NCBI RefSeq assembly: GCF_009914755.1
Contig: NC_060936.1
Length of the DNA: 64,000 nucleotides
DNA from: the human T2T-CHM13v2.0 reference genome, Homo sapiens
Direction: 5' to 3' (one strand)
Made by a program: the position numbers and the translations under genes. Below the pieces are notes generated by a model, which was given only the letters and a program-made list of their open reading frames with translations, ran no database searches and had not been told where the DNA came from. Positions 44,269 to 58,580 of this stretch are shown in pieces (the stretch's first letter is position 1; every line of letters begins with the position of its first letter).

Positions 44269-46211
44269 TGCCTTCAGTATTTTATTTGGAATAAGATAAA
44301 TAAATTGAGTGAAGCCTCTTCTTATGCCTAACAAATATTTAAGTGTTTTAACCCTCTTCTCTATTCACAAATTTTCTTGCTTACCTAAACATTCATATGC
44401 AGAAATGATAAACTACTCTGTCCCTAGATTTCCTAAACCTGTGATCATCTTTTCTGCAAGACCCCAACCTTAGATTCTCTCTCTCTCTACTTTTATGTTC
44501 TTTCTTTAATGTTTCAGTGTTTGTTGTTGCTGTTGTTTTATTATTAAGGCTACTAGAAAGTGTTTGTAAACTATTGCTAATGATCTAATAGGGAGAGATT
44601 GAAGGAAAAATAAGATTAAAATGGCAGAAATGGTGTCTCTGAGGGTGTTAGAGCTGAAGTAGAGCATGGCTTTAGGTGGGAGCATGTTTGCTTCATCCTT
44701 CTGACAGCATGAGGCGAGCAGATTTGGTGTTGGGGAGGAAGCAATTTCCATCCACTGACTTTTACTTTTTCAATAAATACTTAAGTGAGGTCAGTCATGG
44801 AAAGTGAAAAGGGATTGTGATTGGAGAGTTGCAGAGTACAGAGAAAGGGAAATCATCAGAGAGAAGGCAGCACAGAGAGACCTCCAATGCTATGTAAGTG
44901 ATCATGAGAAACTGTTGGTCAATATAGGAACATACTCCAGTCATAATCTCCATGCCCCGTTTAATCTATATGTGATCTATTCAGATTCAGGTTCAGCTCT
45001 TGTCTGTACCCTCGTGCATTTGTAAACATAGATTACCTACTAACCCTAAAGTGTGGTCTTCTTTTTTGCCTGCTCTGCAGTGACAGCCCAGATTAAAATC
45101 ACAGACTCAGGAGAACCCTTCAGCTCTACTGACTACAGCATTTTGGCCCTTCCTATTCTGCTCTATCTTTTGTGTTCATACTGCAAAACAGGCACATTCA
45201 TTCTCAAAGGACTTATGGTTTCTCTCCCACTGTTTATCCAAACACCGCCCAGCATTAATGCTATTCTTTGGAATCGAGTCCATACTACCTGCATTTCTTA
45301 CCCAGTTTAACAATAAACAGCACAGAATTAAAGAAAAACTTTTTCAAATCCAGAGGTCCAGACTAATAAGTTTGAATATCAATGTGAGAATTATGAAGTT
45401 GGGAGTTTGAAAATTCCTGTTGGATATAGATCTCTTCCTTGATTCCTAAAAGAGGAAAATAAAAGGTTAAATAGTGTGTATTATTTCTGAAAACCTAAAT
45501 ACTTCTGTCATGTGGGGAATGCATTTTCCATATTATTTTAATTGTTTTTCTTTTACTCACCAGTGTAGCTCTAGCTAGAGCAACCTGGATTCTTTTTGAG
45601 AACATCACATCATTGGCAGAAGATGCTGGAAAGTCAGGGAATCAAATCAAGAAATGCAGACACAGAACCGCATCACTCATTATAATTTGGAGGGCAGCAA
45701 AAAGAAAGGTCTCCTCTTTTCCACTTGTCTCCAGATGGAGCCCCATTCACCAGCACTAGAAACTTAAATCGTGGGGGGAATTTCTCCTTTAGAAATGAAG
45801 GTCAAAGAGTGAAAATCTTACAAAGGACATTTTCACAAAGGACAAAGTTGGAAATTCTAGCCTGTCAGGGCCTAGACTTCCTCACAGAAAGAAAAATACT
45901 GCGTTAGCATTATTCAAGGGGTCACAGGAATAAATAAAGTCATGTCTTATTTTTTTTAACCCGCTGCTGCAATTTCACTATTCTCACTGCTTCATCTATT
46001 CAAACTCTGAATCCAAATTTAGAATGGAAACAGCTCTGAGAATGCTACCACTATGGTTATTGATACAATCAGTTGGAGTCAGCTGACTAGATCTTTCCCA
46101 AAAAGGCCTGCCTGAGAGGAACTTTTTTAAGAATGAGACATACAAAAGTATCTAGTACTGTGGCAGTCACAAAGGTTGCTCCAAATATATTATTTAAAAA
46201 TACAAATGAAT

Positions 46212-46508
46212 GGCCGGGCGCAGTGGCTCACGCCTGTAATCCCAGCACTTTGGGAGGCCGAGGTGGGCGGATCACGAGGTCAGGAGATGGAGACCATCCT
46301 GGCTAACACAGTGAAACCCTGGCTCTACTAAAAATACAAAAATTAGCCAGGCGTGGTGGCTTGGGCCTGTAGTCCCAGCTACTCGGGAGGCTGAGGCAGG
46401 AGAATGGCGGGTGAACCCGGGAGGCAGAGCTTGCAGTGAGCCAAGATCGTGCCACTGCACTCCAGCCTGGGCGACAGAGCGAGACTCCGTCTCTTAAAAA
46501 AAAAAAAT
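46212..46508 (+). mobile_element. AluY
   Basis: GGCCGGGCGCAGTGG; AGACCATCCTGGCTAACAC; GAGAATGGCG; GAGCTTGCAG. Confidence 0.95.
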
Positions 46509-48469
46509 AATACATTGATGAACGGATGAGTATGTGAATGAATATGGCTCAGGAAGAGAATAGTCTAGGGCTTTGCTGCTCACCGAGAACAGACCTAATT
46601 GGGAGCCAGTCGAGGATTTTAGACTCCCTGGGCTTGCATTAAGCCAGATATAGTAAAGGTAATAGAGAAGAATTTCACCAACTGGACAGGTTTGCCCCAA
46701 AGCAGTGTGTTTTGCTCTGTTCTGCACTTTCGCATACCTCAGAGTATATAATTATAGGGGATATCCATAATTAAAGATATGGTTAGTTTCTGAATCTCAT
46801 GTTTGGAGTTCTGGGAGAGGGTTCTTTTTGAGTCACAAAGTGCCCAGAGTCTATCGCTGAAGTCCTCATCTCCTCCCACCCCTTATAGAGAGCTCTCAAG
46901 TATTAGCCTCCCCAAACTTCCAGGTTTCTGGCATAATGTGGGCTTTCAGCACCAGAAACAAGGAATATAGCAAGATATAGGAAAGAGATCTTGTCTCAGT
47001 TGTGCCATTTGTACAACGGAATCAAGCAATAACTACCCTGCAAAGTGGTGAGGTCTTAATTGCTAACTTGAGTATAGTGCTGAAGACAATTGAGGGGCTG
47101 AAGAATCATCAAATTCTCTTTTCTTCACTCCCAATCCAAGTGTTTCATTTTCCCAAAAGGAGGAAGCGAAGTGATGTTGAGGAGCAGACCAAAACATCTT
47201 AGGTAACACAAATGGACACCATATTGAGAGAGTGGGGAGGGTACCCTTAAATACCTCTTAAATACCATGAGAACAAAGATCAGATGAGAGGACTGACAGG
47301 GAAAGGAAGTGCCTGATGGAAGAATGGCAGGAAGTAGTAGAAACAGAGGGGAACAAAGTAGCAGGGAAAATCCTGAAAGGACAGACGGAAAACATAACCA
47401 TACTTCTGTCTTTTCCTGGTGCACAATGTATCCTGTTTTTCTGAGTTGGTGGGTGTGCCTCTGAACTTGGGAGAAATTCACAGGCGAGAAAATGTACCAC
47501 AACTGTCTGATCTTGTGAGCTGACATTGTTTTTTAAGACCTTTTTTGCATAAAGAGAAATACATAAGCTCATTCCTCAAAAGCTCCAGGAAGTAAAGACT
47601 TTAAAAAGCTTTTCTGAAGTTTGACAGCATTTTTGCTCTTATGCTGTAACAACTCCAAAACTACAAAGAAAGGGAAACTAGAAACCTTCAAATTCTTAAC
47701 AGCAACTTCTTTCATACTTCCCCTGGCATAATTACACAATCATTTCTCTATGCCTGTTAATATAGTACTAAGAGCATCATGCTAACAAAGGAGGCGCAGG
47801 TCTAGCCATTCAGAAGGGCTGCTGGGTTAAGTTGGCCAAAGGGATGGCAAAGTATGATCTGAAAACCCTGGGGGCAGCTGGGCCCATCCTGATTAGAAAG
47901 CTCAGCATGAAGCAAACACTAAGCTCATTAGCTAAAAATGGTTACTAGCTGATTCCACCGGGAATTCCCATTGAAGCTAAGTGACTCACGGCTTATTTTT
48001 AGATCATCTTGCCAATATTGCCATGTATTTAATTACTAGATATATTAAAAATAGTGATTATTATACATATGCTGTTATTATTATTAGGCAATCAATAATA
48101 ATTCAAATCTACCCACATATTTAACTTTTGGTTTTTTGCTCAACTTTTCTGCGTCTAGAACTGAAAATCTTAATAGCTGAAACTGAGATTTCAGTGGATA
48201 CATTTGACACAAAATAGACAAAGCAGAAGAAATTTTAGTGACTCAAAAGATAGGTAAGAAGAAAATAAGAACTTCCATCTATGAGCATTTTCTTTCTCCT
48301 TGAAGTCCTCCTTTTAAATTTTCTCTTAGTGCAAGTCTTTTAGTGATATATATAATTCACCTTAATTCTTAAAGGATTTACTACTGGCACAGAATTCTAA
48401 CAGGGAGTTATTTTTTATTCAGTAATTTGAAGATATCACTACACTGTCTTCTGTCTTCTTGCTACAAGT

Positions 48470-48536
48470 CTAATGTGATGGGATTAGTGCCCTTGTAAGA
48501 GATATGAGAGCTCTCTCTCTCTCTCTCTTACTCTGT

Positions 48537-48579
<43 letters not shown>

Positions 48580-48742
48580 CACCCCATGATGACACCGTAA
48601 GGAGGTGGCCATCTACAAGCCAGGAAGTGGCTATACCTTGATCTTGGACTTCCCATCCTCCAGAACAGTGAGCATATAGATTTATGTTGCTTAAGGCACT
48701 AGACTATGGTGTTTTGCTATAGCAGTCCAATTGACTAATACA
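48470..48742 (+). mobile_element. MLT1A/MST-like MaLR LTR fragment containing a (CT)n(GT)n microsatellite at ~48511-48575
   Basis: GATGGGATTAGTGCCCTTGTAAGAG; GGCCATCTACAAGCCAGGAAG; GACTAATACA end. Confidence 0.7.
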
Positions 48743-48994
48743 ATAGAGAAGACATCTCTTCTCAATTCAAAATAAATGCCTCTACCTGTGCTTTAGATAG
48801 ATTATTCTGCTTCCTCAGAAGCCTTGCTCCTCCAGACTTGCCCTTCCTTTGCTTAGGATTCCAATTTTCAAAAGTAGGAAATTATAGAACTGAAGTCTTT
48901 TTTATACCATTCTCTAATCTATTCCTCCCTATCCATACATAACCACTATCCTAAAGTTAGAATATGGTTTCTCGTGTAGCTTCTTCTGCTACCC

Positions 48995-49617
48995 GTGGTA
49001 GCAGAATTGTCTTCTAAAGATGTCCATGCCCTAATCTCTGAAGTCTATGACTGCTACCTTACATGGCAAAAGAGATTTTGCAGATGTCATTAAAGTTATA
49101 GACCTTAAAATAGGGAGATTATCTTGGATTATCCAGGTGGATCTAATCTAATCACATGAGTTTTTAAAAGCAGAAAACTTTCTCCCACTGGTGTGAGAGA
49201 GATGTGATAGAAATGGAAGTCAAAGAGATTTAAAGCATAAGAGGAAGTGACCTATTGTTTGTTGCTCAATGAGGGACACACAGAATGCATGAGAAGTAAT
49301 GTGGGCAGCCTCTAGGAGCAAAGACCAGCCCCCAGCTGGCAGCTAGCAAAAAAAACAGAGACCTCAGTCCCGCAACTGAAAAAAATCAGCTATCAGTCTA
49401 AGCTTGGAAGTAGATTCATTCCCAGAACCTCCAGAAAGGAATGCAGCCCTGATGACACCTTTGTTTAGGCTTGGTGAGACTCTGACAGAGAAACCATGTA
49501 AGCCACTCTGTACCTGGACTCCTGAATTATAGAGCCATGAGCTAATCAATATGTATTGTTTTAGTTTGCTATATTTATTGTAATTTCATTTGTTACACAG
49601 CAGTAGAAAATGAATAT
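48995..49617 (+). mobile_element. MLT1E/F-like MaLR solo LTR
   Basis: TTACATGGCAAAAGAGATTTTGCAGATGT; GGCAGCCTCTAGGAGC; CAGCAGTAGAAAATGAATA end. Confidence 0.75.
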
Positions 49618-50081
49618 ATTTCCCCATGTATGCTTTTATATTTTTATTACACATGTCTGTTTTTAAAAACTTTACATAAATGTCTCTTGTTATATGTGAC
49701 ATTCTGAAATTACCTTGTTTTCATTCAACTTGCTTTAGAAATTTATCCAGGTTGATATATGTAAAAATAATTCATTCATTTAATTGTTATAAAGTGTCGC
49801 ATTATATGATTATACTACATTTCTGCATTTTTCAGAAGATTAAAGAACAAGTAAGAATTTGAACATGTTTTGGTTTATCTGCATATTTTATAGGATTTTC
49901 TATGTAGACAAGCACATCATCTTCAAATAATAACAAGCCCTTTTTCTCTCTCTTTCCCGTTGTTACATTTTAAATTATTTTATTTCCTTGTCATATTGCA
50001 TTAATTGGGACTTTCAATACAATGTTTAGTTGTAGAGGTGAGTGGCCATGCTTGCCTTATTTTAATTGAATACAATACTTC

Positions 50082-50878
50082 TGTTGATGAAGAGTCTAAC
50101 TCTGTAAAATATTTGAAGAGATTTATTCTGAACTAAATATAAGTGACCATGGCCCATGACACAGCCCTCAGGGGATCCTGAGAACATGTGCCCAAGGTGG
50201 TCAGGTGCAGCTTGGTTTTATACATTTTAGGGGGGCATGAGACATCAATCAAATACAAATTTAGAAATAAATTGGTTTGGTCCAGAAAGGTAGAACAACT
50301 TGAAGAGGGGGCAGCTATGGGCTGTAGCTTCCAGGCTATAGGCAAATTTAAACATTTTCTGGTTGACAATTGGTTGAGTTTGTCTAAAGACCTGGGATCA
50401 ATAGAAAGGAAACATTCAGGTTGAGATAGAAGATTATGGAAATCAAGGTCCTTTTGAAGTCTCATAGTGGCTGCCCTTAGAGACAATAGATGACAACTGT
50501 TTCCTATTCAGACCTTTAAAATATGCTAGACTCTCAGTTCATCTCTTCAGGAGTGGGAAGGCCTGAAAGAAAAAGATCTAGCTATTATCTATCAAAAGAT
50601 GTTAATAGAGATTCTTTACAGATGCAAATTTTCCCCCACAAAGGATGGCTTCATGGGGCCATTTCAAAATAATGCAAAGAAACATGTTTTGAGGTAAAAT
50701 ACTTTCGTTTTCTTTTTTGTCACATAATATTACTCCAGAGTCAAGTTGGAAAGTAAGTCACTATATTGGGTTAAATAAAACCCATCTCATGAGAATTTAT
50801 GGTTTGTAGGCCATGACTCCCCAGACTGCTTAGATAGGAATTTGGGCAAGATAAGAACAAATCAGAATTTAGTCCTCA
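50082..50878 (-). mobile_element. MER4-family (MER4D/E-like) ERV1 solo LTR
   Basis: GAGAACATGTGCCCAAGGTGGTCAGG..CTTGGTTTTATACATTTTAGGG MER4 signature; ends TTTAGTCCTCA. Confidence 0.85.
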
Positions 50879-51107
50879 TTTCTAAAATGTATATTTAAGT
50901 AAAAGTTTTCACTAGGCTTTGTACTCTACCATGTTAAGAAAGTTCCTTACTATTTCCAGTTTGCTAAGACCTTTATAATAAATAAGAGTTGAATTTAACT
51001 GAATGCTTTTCTGATCTGTTGAGATAACCTGATATTTTTTCACATAAAATTTTAATTAATGGATATTAATAAAACATCTTCTGAAGATTCAATTATAAAA
51101 TTGTTCC

Positions 51108-51444
51108 ATGATATGATTTGGCTGTGTCCCCACCCAAATCTCAACTATGTCCCCACCCAAATCTCAACTTGAATTGTATCTCCTGGAATTCCCACGTGTT
51201 GTGGGAGGGACCCAGGGGGAGGTAATTGAGTCATGGGGGCCAGTCTCATGAGATGTGATGGGTTTATCAAGGGCTTCTGCCTTTGCTTCTTCCTCATTTT
51301 TCTCTTGCCGCTGTCATGTAAGAAGCACCCTCTGCCATGATCCTGAGGCCTCCCCATCTATGTGGAACTGTAAGTCCAATTAAACCTCTTTTTCTTCCCC
51401 GTTTTGGGTATGTCTTTATCAGCAGCATGAAAACTAACTAATAC
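51108..51444 (+). mobile_element. THE1A-like solo LTR
   Basis: TGATATGATTTGGCTGTGTCCCCACCCAAATCTCAACT ... ACTAATACA; 5-bp TSD TTCCA/TTGCA. Confidence 0.9.
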
Positions 51445-51533
51445 ATTGCATTAATGCTGTAAATCTAACCATTTTAAAACTAGAGGAATGGAGAAGAAAC
51501 AATCCTTTCTAACAGTCAAAATATATATGTATA

Positions 51534-54500
51534 TGAACAACCTGCCCCTGAATGAATTTTGACTAAATAATGAAATTAAGGCAGAAATCAAGAAGTCTTT
51601 TGAAATTAGTGAGCACAAAAGATACAACATACCAGAATCTCTGGGATGCAGCTAAAGCAGTGTTAAGAGGGAAATGTATAACACTGAAAGCCCACATCAA
51701 AAAGCTAAAAAGATCTCAAGTTAATAAACTAACATCACAACTAAAAGAACTAGAGAGCCAAGAGCAAACCAACCCCAAAGCTAGCAGAACACAAGAAATA
51801 GCCAAGATCAAGGCTGAACTGAAGGAGACAGAGACATGAGAAAACCCTTCAAAAGATCAATGAATCCAGGAGCTAGTTTTTTGGAAAAAATAATAAAATA
51901 GACTGCTAGCTAGACAAAGAAGAAAAGAAAGAAGATTCAAATAAACACAATCAGAAATGATAAGGGGATATTACCACTGACCCTAGAGAAATACAAACAA
52001 CTATCAGAGAATATTATCAACACCTCTATGCACATAAACTAGAACATCTAGAAGAAATGGACAAGTTCCTGGACACATACACCCTCCCAGCACTGAACCA
52101 GGAAGAAATTGAATCCTGGAACAGACCAATAACAAGTTCTGAAATTGAGGCAGTAATAAATAGCCTACCAACCATAAAAAGGCCAAGACCAGACGAATTC
52201 ACAGCTAAATTCTACCAGAGGTACAAAGAAGGGCTGGCACCATTCCCACTAAAACTATTACAAAAAATGGAAAGGGAGGGACTCCTTCCTAGCTCATTCT
52301 ATGAGGCCAGCATCATCCTGATACCAAAGCCTGGCAAAGATATTTAAAAAAAAGAGAGAGAAAACTTCAGGCCAATATCCTTGATGAACATCAAAGAAAA
52401 AATCCTCAATAAAATACTACCAAACCAAATCCAGCAGCACATCAAAAAGTTTATCTGCCATAATCACGTTGGCTTCATCCCTGACATGCAAGTTTGGTTC
52501 AACATACACAAATCAGTAAATGTGATTCATCACATAAAGAGAATTAAGACAAAAACCACATGATTATCTCAATAGATCCATAAAAAGGCTTTGATAAAAT
52601 TCAACATCCCTTCATATTAAAAAAAAAAACTTCTCAATAAACTAGGTTTTGAAGGAACATACCTCAAAATAATAAGGGCCACATATGACAAACCCACAGC
52701 CAATATCATACTGAATGGGCAAAAGCTGGAAGCATTCTCCCCTTGAAAACCAGCACAAGACAAAATTGCCCTCCCTCACCACTCCTATTCAATATAGTAT
52801 TAGAAGTTCTGGCCAGGGCAATCAGGCGAGAGAAAGAAATAAGGGATATTCAAATAGGAAAGAGGAAGTCAAACTATCTTTGTTTGCAGATGGCATAATC
52901 CTATTTCTAGAAAACCCAATCATCTCAGCCCAAAAGCTTCTTAAGCTGATAAGCAACTTCAGCAAAGTCTCAGGATACAAAGTTAATGTGCAAAAATCAC
53001 TAGCATTCCTATACACCAACAACAGGCAAGCCAACAGCCAAATCACAATGAACTCCCATTCACAATTGCCATAATGAATAAAATACCTAGGAATACAGCT
53101 AAGAAGGGAAGCAAAGGACTTCTTCAAGGAGAACTGCAAACCACTGCTCAAAGAAATCAGAAATGGCACAAATAGAAAAACATTCCATGCTTATGAATAG
53201 GAAGAATCAATATTGTGAAAATGGCCATACTGTCCAAAATAATTTATAGATTCAATGCTATTCCCATTAAACTACCATTGATATTCTTCACAGAATTAGA
53301 AAAACCTATTTTAAAATTCATGTGGAACCAAAAAAGAACTCAAGTGGCCAAGACAATCCTAAGCAAAAAGAACAAAGCTGGAAGTATCACTCTACCCAAA
53401 TTCAAACTATACTGCAGGGATACAGTAACCAAAACAGCCTAGTACTGGTACAAGAACAGACACATAAATCAATGGAACAGAATAGAGAACCCAGAAATAA
53501 GACCACACACCTACAAGCATCTGATCTTCAACAAATCTTACAAAAACAAGCAATGGGGAAAGGATTTCTTATTTAATAAATGGTGCTGGGAGAACTGCCT
53601 AGCCATACGCAGATAGTTGAAACTGGACCCCTTCCTCACCCCATATGCAAAAATCAACTCAAGATAGATTACAGATTTAAATGTGAAACCCAAAACTGTA
53701 AAAACTCTACAAGAAAACTTAGGCAATACCATTCAGGACATAGGCACAGGCAAAGATTTCATGACAAAGATGCTAAAAGCAATTGCAACAAAAGCAAAAA
53801 TTGACAAATGGGATCTAATTAAAGAGCTTCTGCACAGAAAAAAACACAACAACGACAACAAAAACTATCAACAGAGTAAATAGACAGCCTACAGAATGGA
53901 AGAAAATTTTTGCAATCTATGCATGTGACAAAGGTCTAGTATCCAGCATTTATAAGGAACTTAAACAAATTTACAAGAAAAAACAAACAACTCCATTAAA
54001 AAGTGGGCAAAAGACATGAACAAATACATCTCAAAAGAAGACATACATGTGATGAACAAACATATGAAAAAAACTTCAACATCACTGATCATTAGAGAAA
54101 TGCAAATCAAAACCACAATGAAATACCATCTCACACCAGAATGTCTATTATTAAAAATAACAGAACTAGCAAGATTGTGGCAAAAAAGAAACATTTTTAC
54201 ACCGTTGGTGGGAGTGTAAATTAGTTCAACCATTGTAGAAGACAGTGTGATGATTCCTCAAAGACCTAGAGACAGAAATATCATTCAACCCAGCAATCCC
54301 ATTACTGAGTATATACCCAAAGGGATATAAATCATTCTGTTATAAAGACACATGCACATGTCTGTTCACTGAAGCACTATTCACAATAGCAAAGACATGG
54401 AATCAAGCTAAATGCCCATCAATGATAGACTGGATAAGGAAAATGTGGTACATACATGATGGAATACTATGCAGCCATAAAAAGGAACGAGATCATGTTC

Positions 54501-54839
54501 TTTGCAGGAACATGGATGGAGCTGGAGACCATTATCCTTAGCAAACTAATGCAGGAACAGACAACCAAACACCACATGTTCTCACTTATAAGTGGGAGCT
54601 GAATGATGAGAACACGTGGATACACAGTGGGCAACAGCACACACTGGGGCCTGTTGGAGGGTGGGGGATGGGAAGAGGGAGAGGATCAGGAAGAATGGCT
54701 AGTGGATGCTGAGCTTAATACCTGGGTGATGAGATGATCTGTGCAGCAAACCACCATGGCAAGTGTTTACCTATGCAACAAACCTGCACATCCTGCACAT
54801 GTATCCCTGAACTTAAAGTAAAAGTTGGAAATAAATAAA
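51534..54839 (+). mobile_element. 5'-truncated LINE-1 (L1PA8-L1PA11-like)
   Basis: ORF2 fragments ([27 protein letters not shown]); 3' UTR and AATAAA tail. Confidence 0.9.
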
Positions 54840-55450
54840 TGTGTATATATATATACATACACATATATACACATATATATACATATATATACATATATAC
54901 ACATATGTGTGTGTATATATACATATATACACATATGTGTGTGTATATATACGTATATACACACACATATGTGTGTGTATATATACGTATATATACACAC
55001 ACATATGTGTGTGTATATATACGTATATATACACACATATGTGTGTGTATATATACATATACACACACATATATGTGTATATATACGTATATATACACAC
55101 ACATATATGTGTGTATATACATATACACACACATATATGTGTATATATACGTATATATACACACACATATATGTGTGTATATACATATACACATATATGT
55201 GTATATATATACACACATATATGTGTATATATATACACATATATGTGTATATATATACACATATATGTGTATATGTGTATATATATACATATATACACAT
55301 ATACACATATACACGTATATATGTGTATATATACACATATACACGTGTATATGTGTATATATACACATATACACGTGTATATGTGTATATATACACATAT
55401 ACACGTGTATATGTGTATATATACACATATATACACATATATATATATAT
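54840..55450. repeat. Complex (TA/CA/TG)n alternating purine-pyrimidine array with 30-34 bp higher-order units
   Basis: Directly visible; open in all six frames. Confidence 0.97.
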
Positions 55451-55894
55451 TCATGTTCTGATATTCAAAGAAACTAATTTGCCCAGTGCCTCACAGCTAG
55501 AAATTTAAAGATAATGAAGAGCCAGGATTTATCCTCAAGTTTATTTAAACCTAAGGTATCTTTTAAAGAATAAAACAAAATATTTTGCACATTGCCTGTT
55601 TCAAACACACACACACAATATATATGAAACATATAAGCATAATATCATATATCTATATTCATCTATCTACCTACCTATCCATATCCATATACATGTAATC
55701 GTTCACAGCTCATTTATTCTGACCTTGAGAAAACAAAGAAGGTGATATTTTACTTCTCAACCAAACTGAAAAAAGAAGTGCCTTCTTTTGATTTAGATTC
55801 ATTGTACTTGAAGCCTTCTGTAACTTTGGAGCATCAGGATACCATGAGGTCAGGGAACTCCTGTTATTGTTGAAAAATAAATCAGGGGCTCTAA

Positions 55895-56247
<353 letters not shown>

Positions 56248-56799
56248 AAGACTGTTCTTTAATTCGATTAATCAGATTGGACAGGCTGCATAGTCATTTT
56301 TACCTGACATAGAAAAAAGATGAAGACTATCACAAACTGCAGGCAGATTAGAAAGGCCTAGGAGATGTGGGGTTTGCCTGAGCAGGTCTGATTGCTAAGA
56401 ATAAAGCCTGTGGCCTGCTTTCTGTCCTCCTGCCCCTTCTTCTCTATCTCTTTCCTTCTTTATTTAATGCAGCCTCAGAGGAAAGTTATGCAGCATAAAA
56501 TAAGTGTTAAAAGAAAAATGCAAAATTATACTTTGACTCTCTTTTTAAGATTGAAATTATTTCTTTGTAACATAAATTCCAAGTATCATATTTTACAAAT
56601 ACTGTTGGGTAACTATAGTAACTTAGTAAATGAAATATGCAAAGCTTAAGGTTGTAAGTCTAGGGAAGGCATTAGAATAAATATGCCAGCATCTTCAGAC
56701 CTTACGGCTAGGACACTACTGCTTCCTTGTGGCTCAACTTTAGAATGACAAGTTTTGACTACTGCAAGTTTCTTCAAATCATAGGGGCTTCCTTTTGGG

Positions 56800-57280
56800 T
56801 TTGTTTTTCCTTCCAACTTTTAGGTTCAGAGGGTACCTGTGCAGGTTTGTTATGTGGGTAAATTGCGTGTCACTGGAGTTTGGTGTACAAATGATTTCAT
56901 CATCCAGGTAGTGAGCATAGTACCAGACAGGCAGTTTTTCAATCCCATCCTCCAACCTCAAGTAGGCCCCAGTGTCTATTGTTCTCCTCTTTGTGTCCCT
57001 GTGTACTCAATGTTTACCTCCCACTTATAAATAAGAACATGCACGATTTGGTTTTCTGTTCCTGTATTAGTTCATTTAGGATAATGGCCACCAGCTGCAT
57101 CCATGTTGCTCCAAAAGCCATGATTTTATTCTTTTTGATGGCAGCATAGTATTCTATGGTGTATATATACCACATTTTCTTTTTCCAGTCCACTGTTAAT
57201 GGGCATCTAGGTTGATTCCATGTCTTTGCTATTGTGAAAAGCGCTGTGATGAACATATGCATACATATGTCTTTATGGTC
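56800..57280 (-). mobile_element. L1PA15-like 3' end fragment
   Basis: ORF2 C-terminal remnant (WYIYTIEYYAAIKKN) and 3' UTR. Confidence 0.85.
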
Positions 57281-58339
57281 AAATCAGAGTTTTGACTGCC
57301 AATTTTAAGCAGCTCACCAAACCCATGGCTTGGGATGCAGACAGAGTTGTTACAGATCTCAGAGAAACGTCAGCAGAACAGCAGTCTTTGTCAGAGACAC
57401 AACCATATTCAGCCAAGTTTTTCTTTCAGATCTTCCAGGTTTTGGAGCAGAGAGGCTGAAGAAAAGATTTAAATAACAAGAAAACCTGGAGTTGAGCAGC
57501 ACCTAAAGATCAGTGAGCAGCTCCAACATGATTGTACAGAAGAGCTAACAGGCACTGGAAGTCTAGAGAACAGGCAGAGATACCCCCTGCACTGTGTAAA
57601 ATTATGAAAAATGTATCCATGAGGTAAGATTTGATACATACACATAAATGATCAAAATCTGTCCTTCATTGTCTGTTTGACAGTGAATAAGTTTCTTCGC
57701 CTTCTATTACTCAGTTGCCTTATTTATAGAACACTAACAATCATAGTAACTACTCAGTGAATTTTCACAATGGTTAAATAGTGATAATAATTAAAAAATA
57801 ACGTGATTGAATCCTTACCATGTGCCATACGCTATTTTAAGTGTTTTACACTGATTATCTCATTTCTTCTCACAAAAAGTATAAGAGCATATAAAGCTCT
57901 TAGCTAATATTATGTCAGTAGTTTGTACTCAATAAATTATCATTTAAAAGTCTGTAAAGCTTTCTCTATATCTCAACGAAGTAGGGAAAACACATTTTTT
58001 AAGCAGCTCAGCCAACAACAATTGTTTTCCAGGCACTGTATTGGGCCCTGGGTATATAAAGACGAGTAGGAGAGAGTCTCTGCCTTTAAGACACTCACAC
58101 TGTAATGAGGAATAAAGTTATACTGACAGCTGTAATGCAGTATAGTAAGTTATACTCTACCAGTGTGACAAGATTGCTATGGGAGTTCAGAGGAGGAAAA
58201 ATTCAAGCTGTATCAAGTGGTCAGGGAAATAGTTACAGGAAAGATACCATTTGACCCTGCCTTATCTAGAGAAGCAAGTCTTAGAACGAGGAGTGGCAGA
58301 AGTCTTCCCGGCAGAGGAACCAGTTTAGTAAAGGAAGAG

Positions 58340-58580
58340 AGATGTGAACAGGTAGCATTTGAGATTAAGATCATGGACTCTGGAGCCAAAGAGGGTTAAA
58401 TTTGAATCCCAACTCTGCTCCTCGCCTGCCGTGACCTTGGGAAAGCTATTTCTCTTTGTTTCTTTGCCTGGAAAATGGCTTTGACAATTTTTCTCCATGT
58501 TAGGTTGGTTGTGAGGATGAAATGAGATGTTCACATAACATTTAGCATATTGTCTAGCCCATTAGTGCTGTGTTATTATT
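58340..58580 (+). mobile_element. MIR SINE
   Basis: TTTGAATCCCAACTCTGC..GTGACCTTGGG..GGTTGTGAGGATGAAATGAGAT core. Confidence 0.7.

Noticed and set aside
43975-44334. Independent 119-aa protein or N-terminally extended OR
   Set aside because: The upstream start is TTG; the true start is the ATG at 44268 before the NRS glycosylation motif, and this is only the pre-stop part of the pseudogene
47002-47572. 133-aa and 104-aa ORFs in apparently unique sequence
   Set aside because: No recognisable domain or codon signal; lengths compatible with chance
54715-55508. Six overlapping 206-237 aa Tyr/Ile/His/Cys-rich ORFs
   Set aside because: Artefact: every stop codon is pyrimidine-purine-purine and cannot occur in an alternating purine-pyrimidine tract
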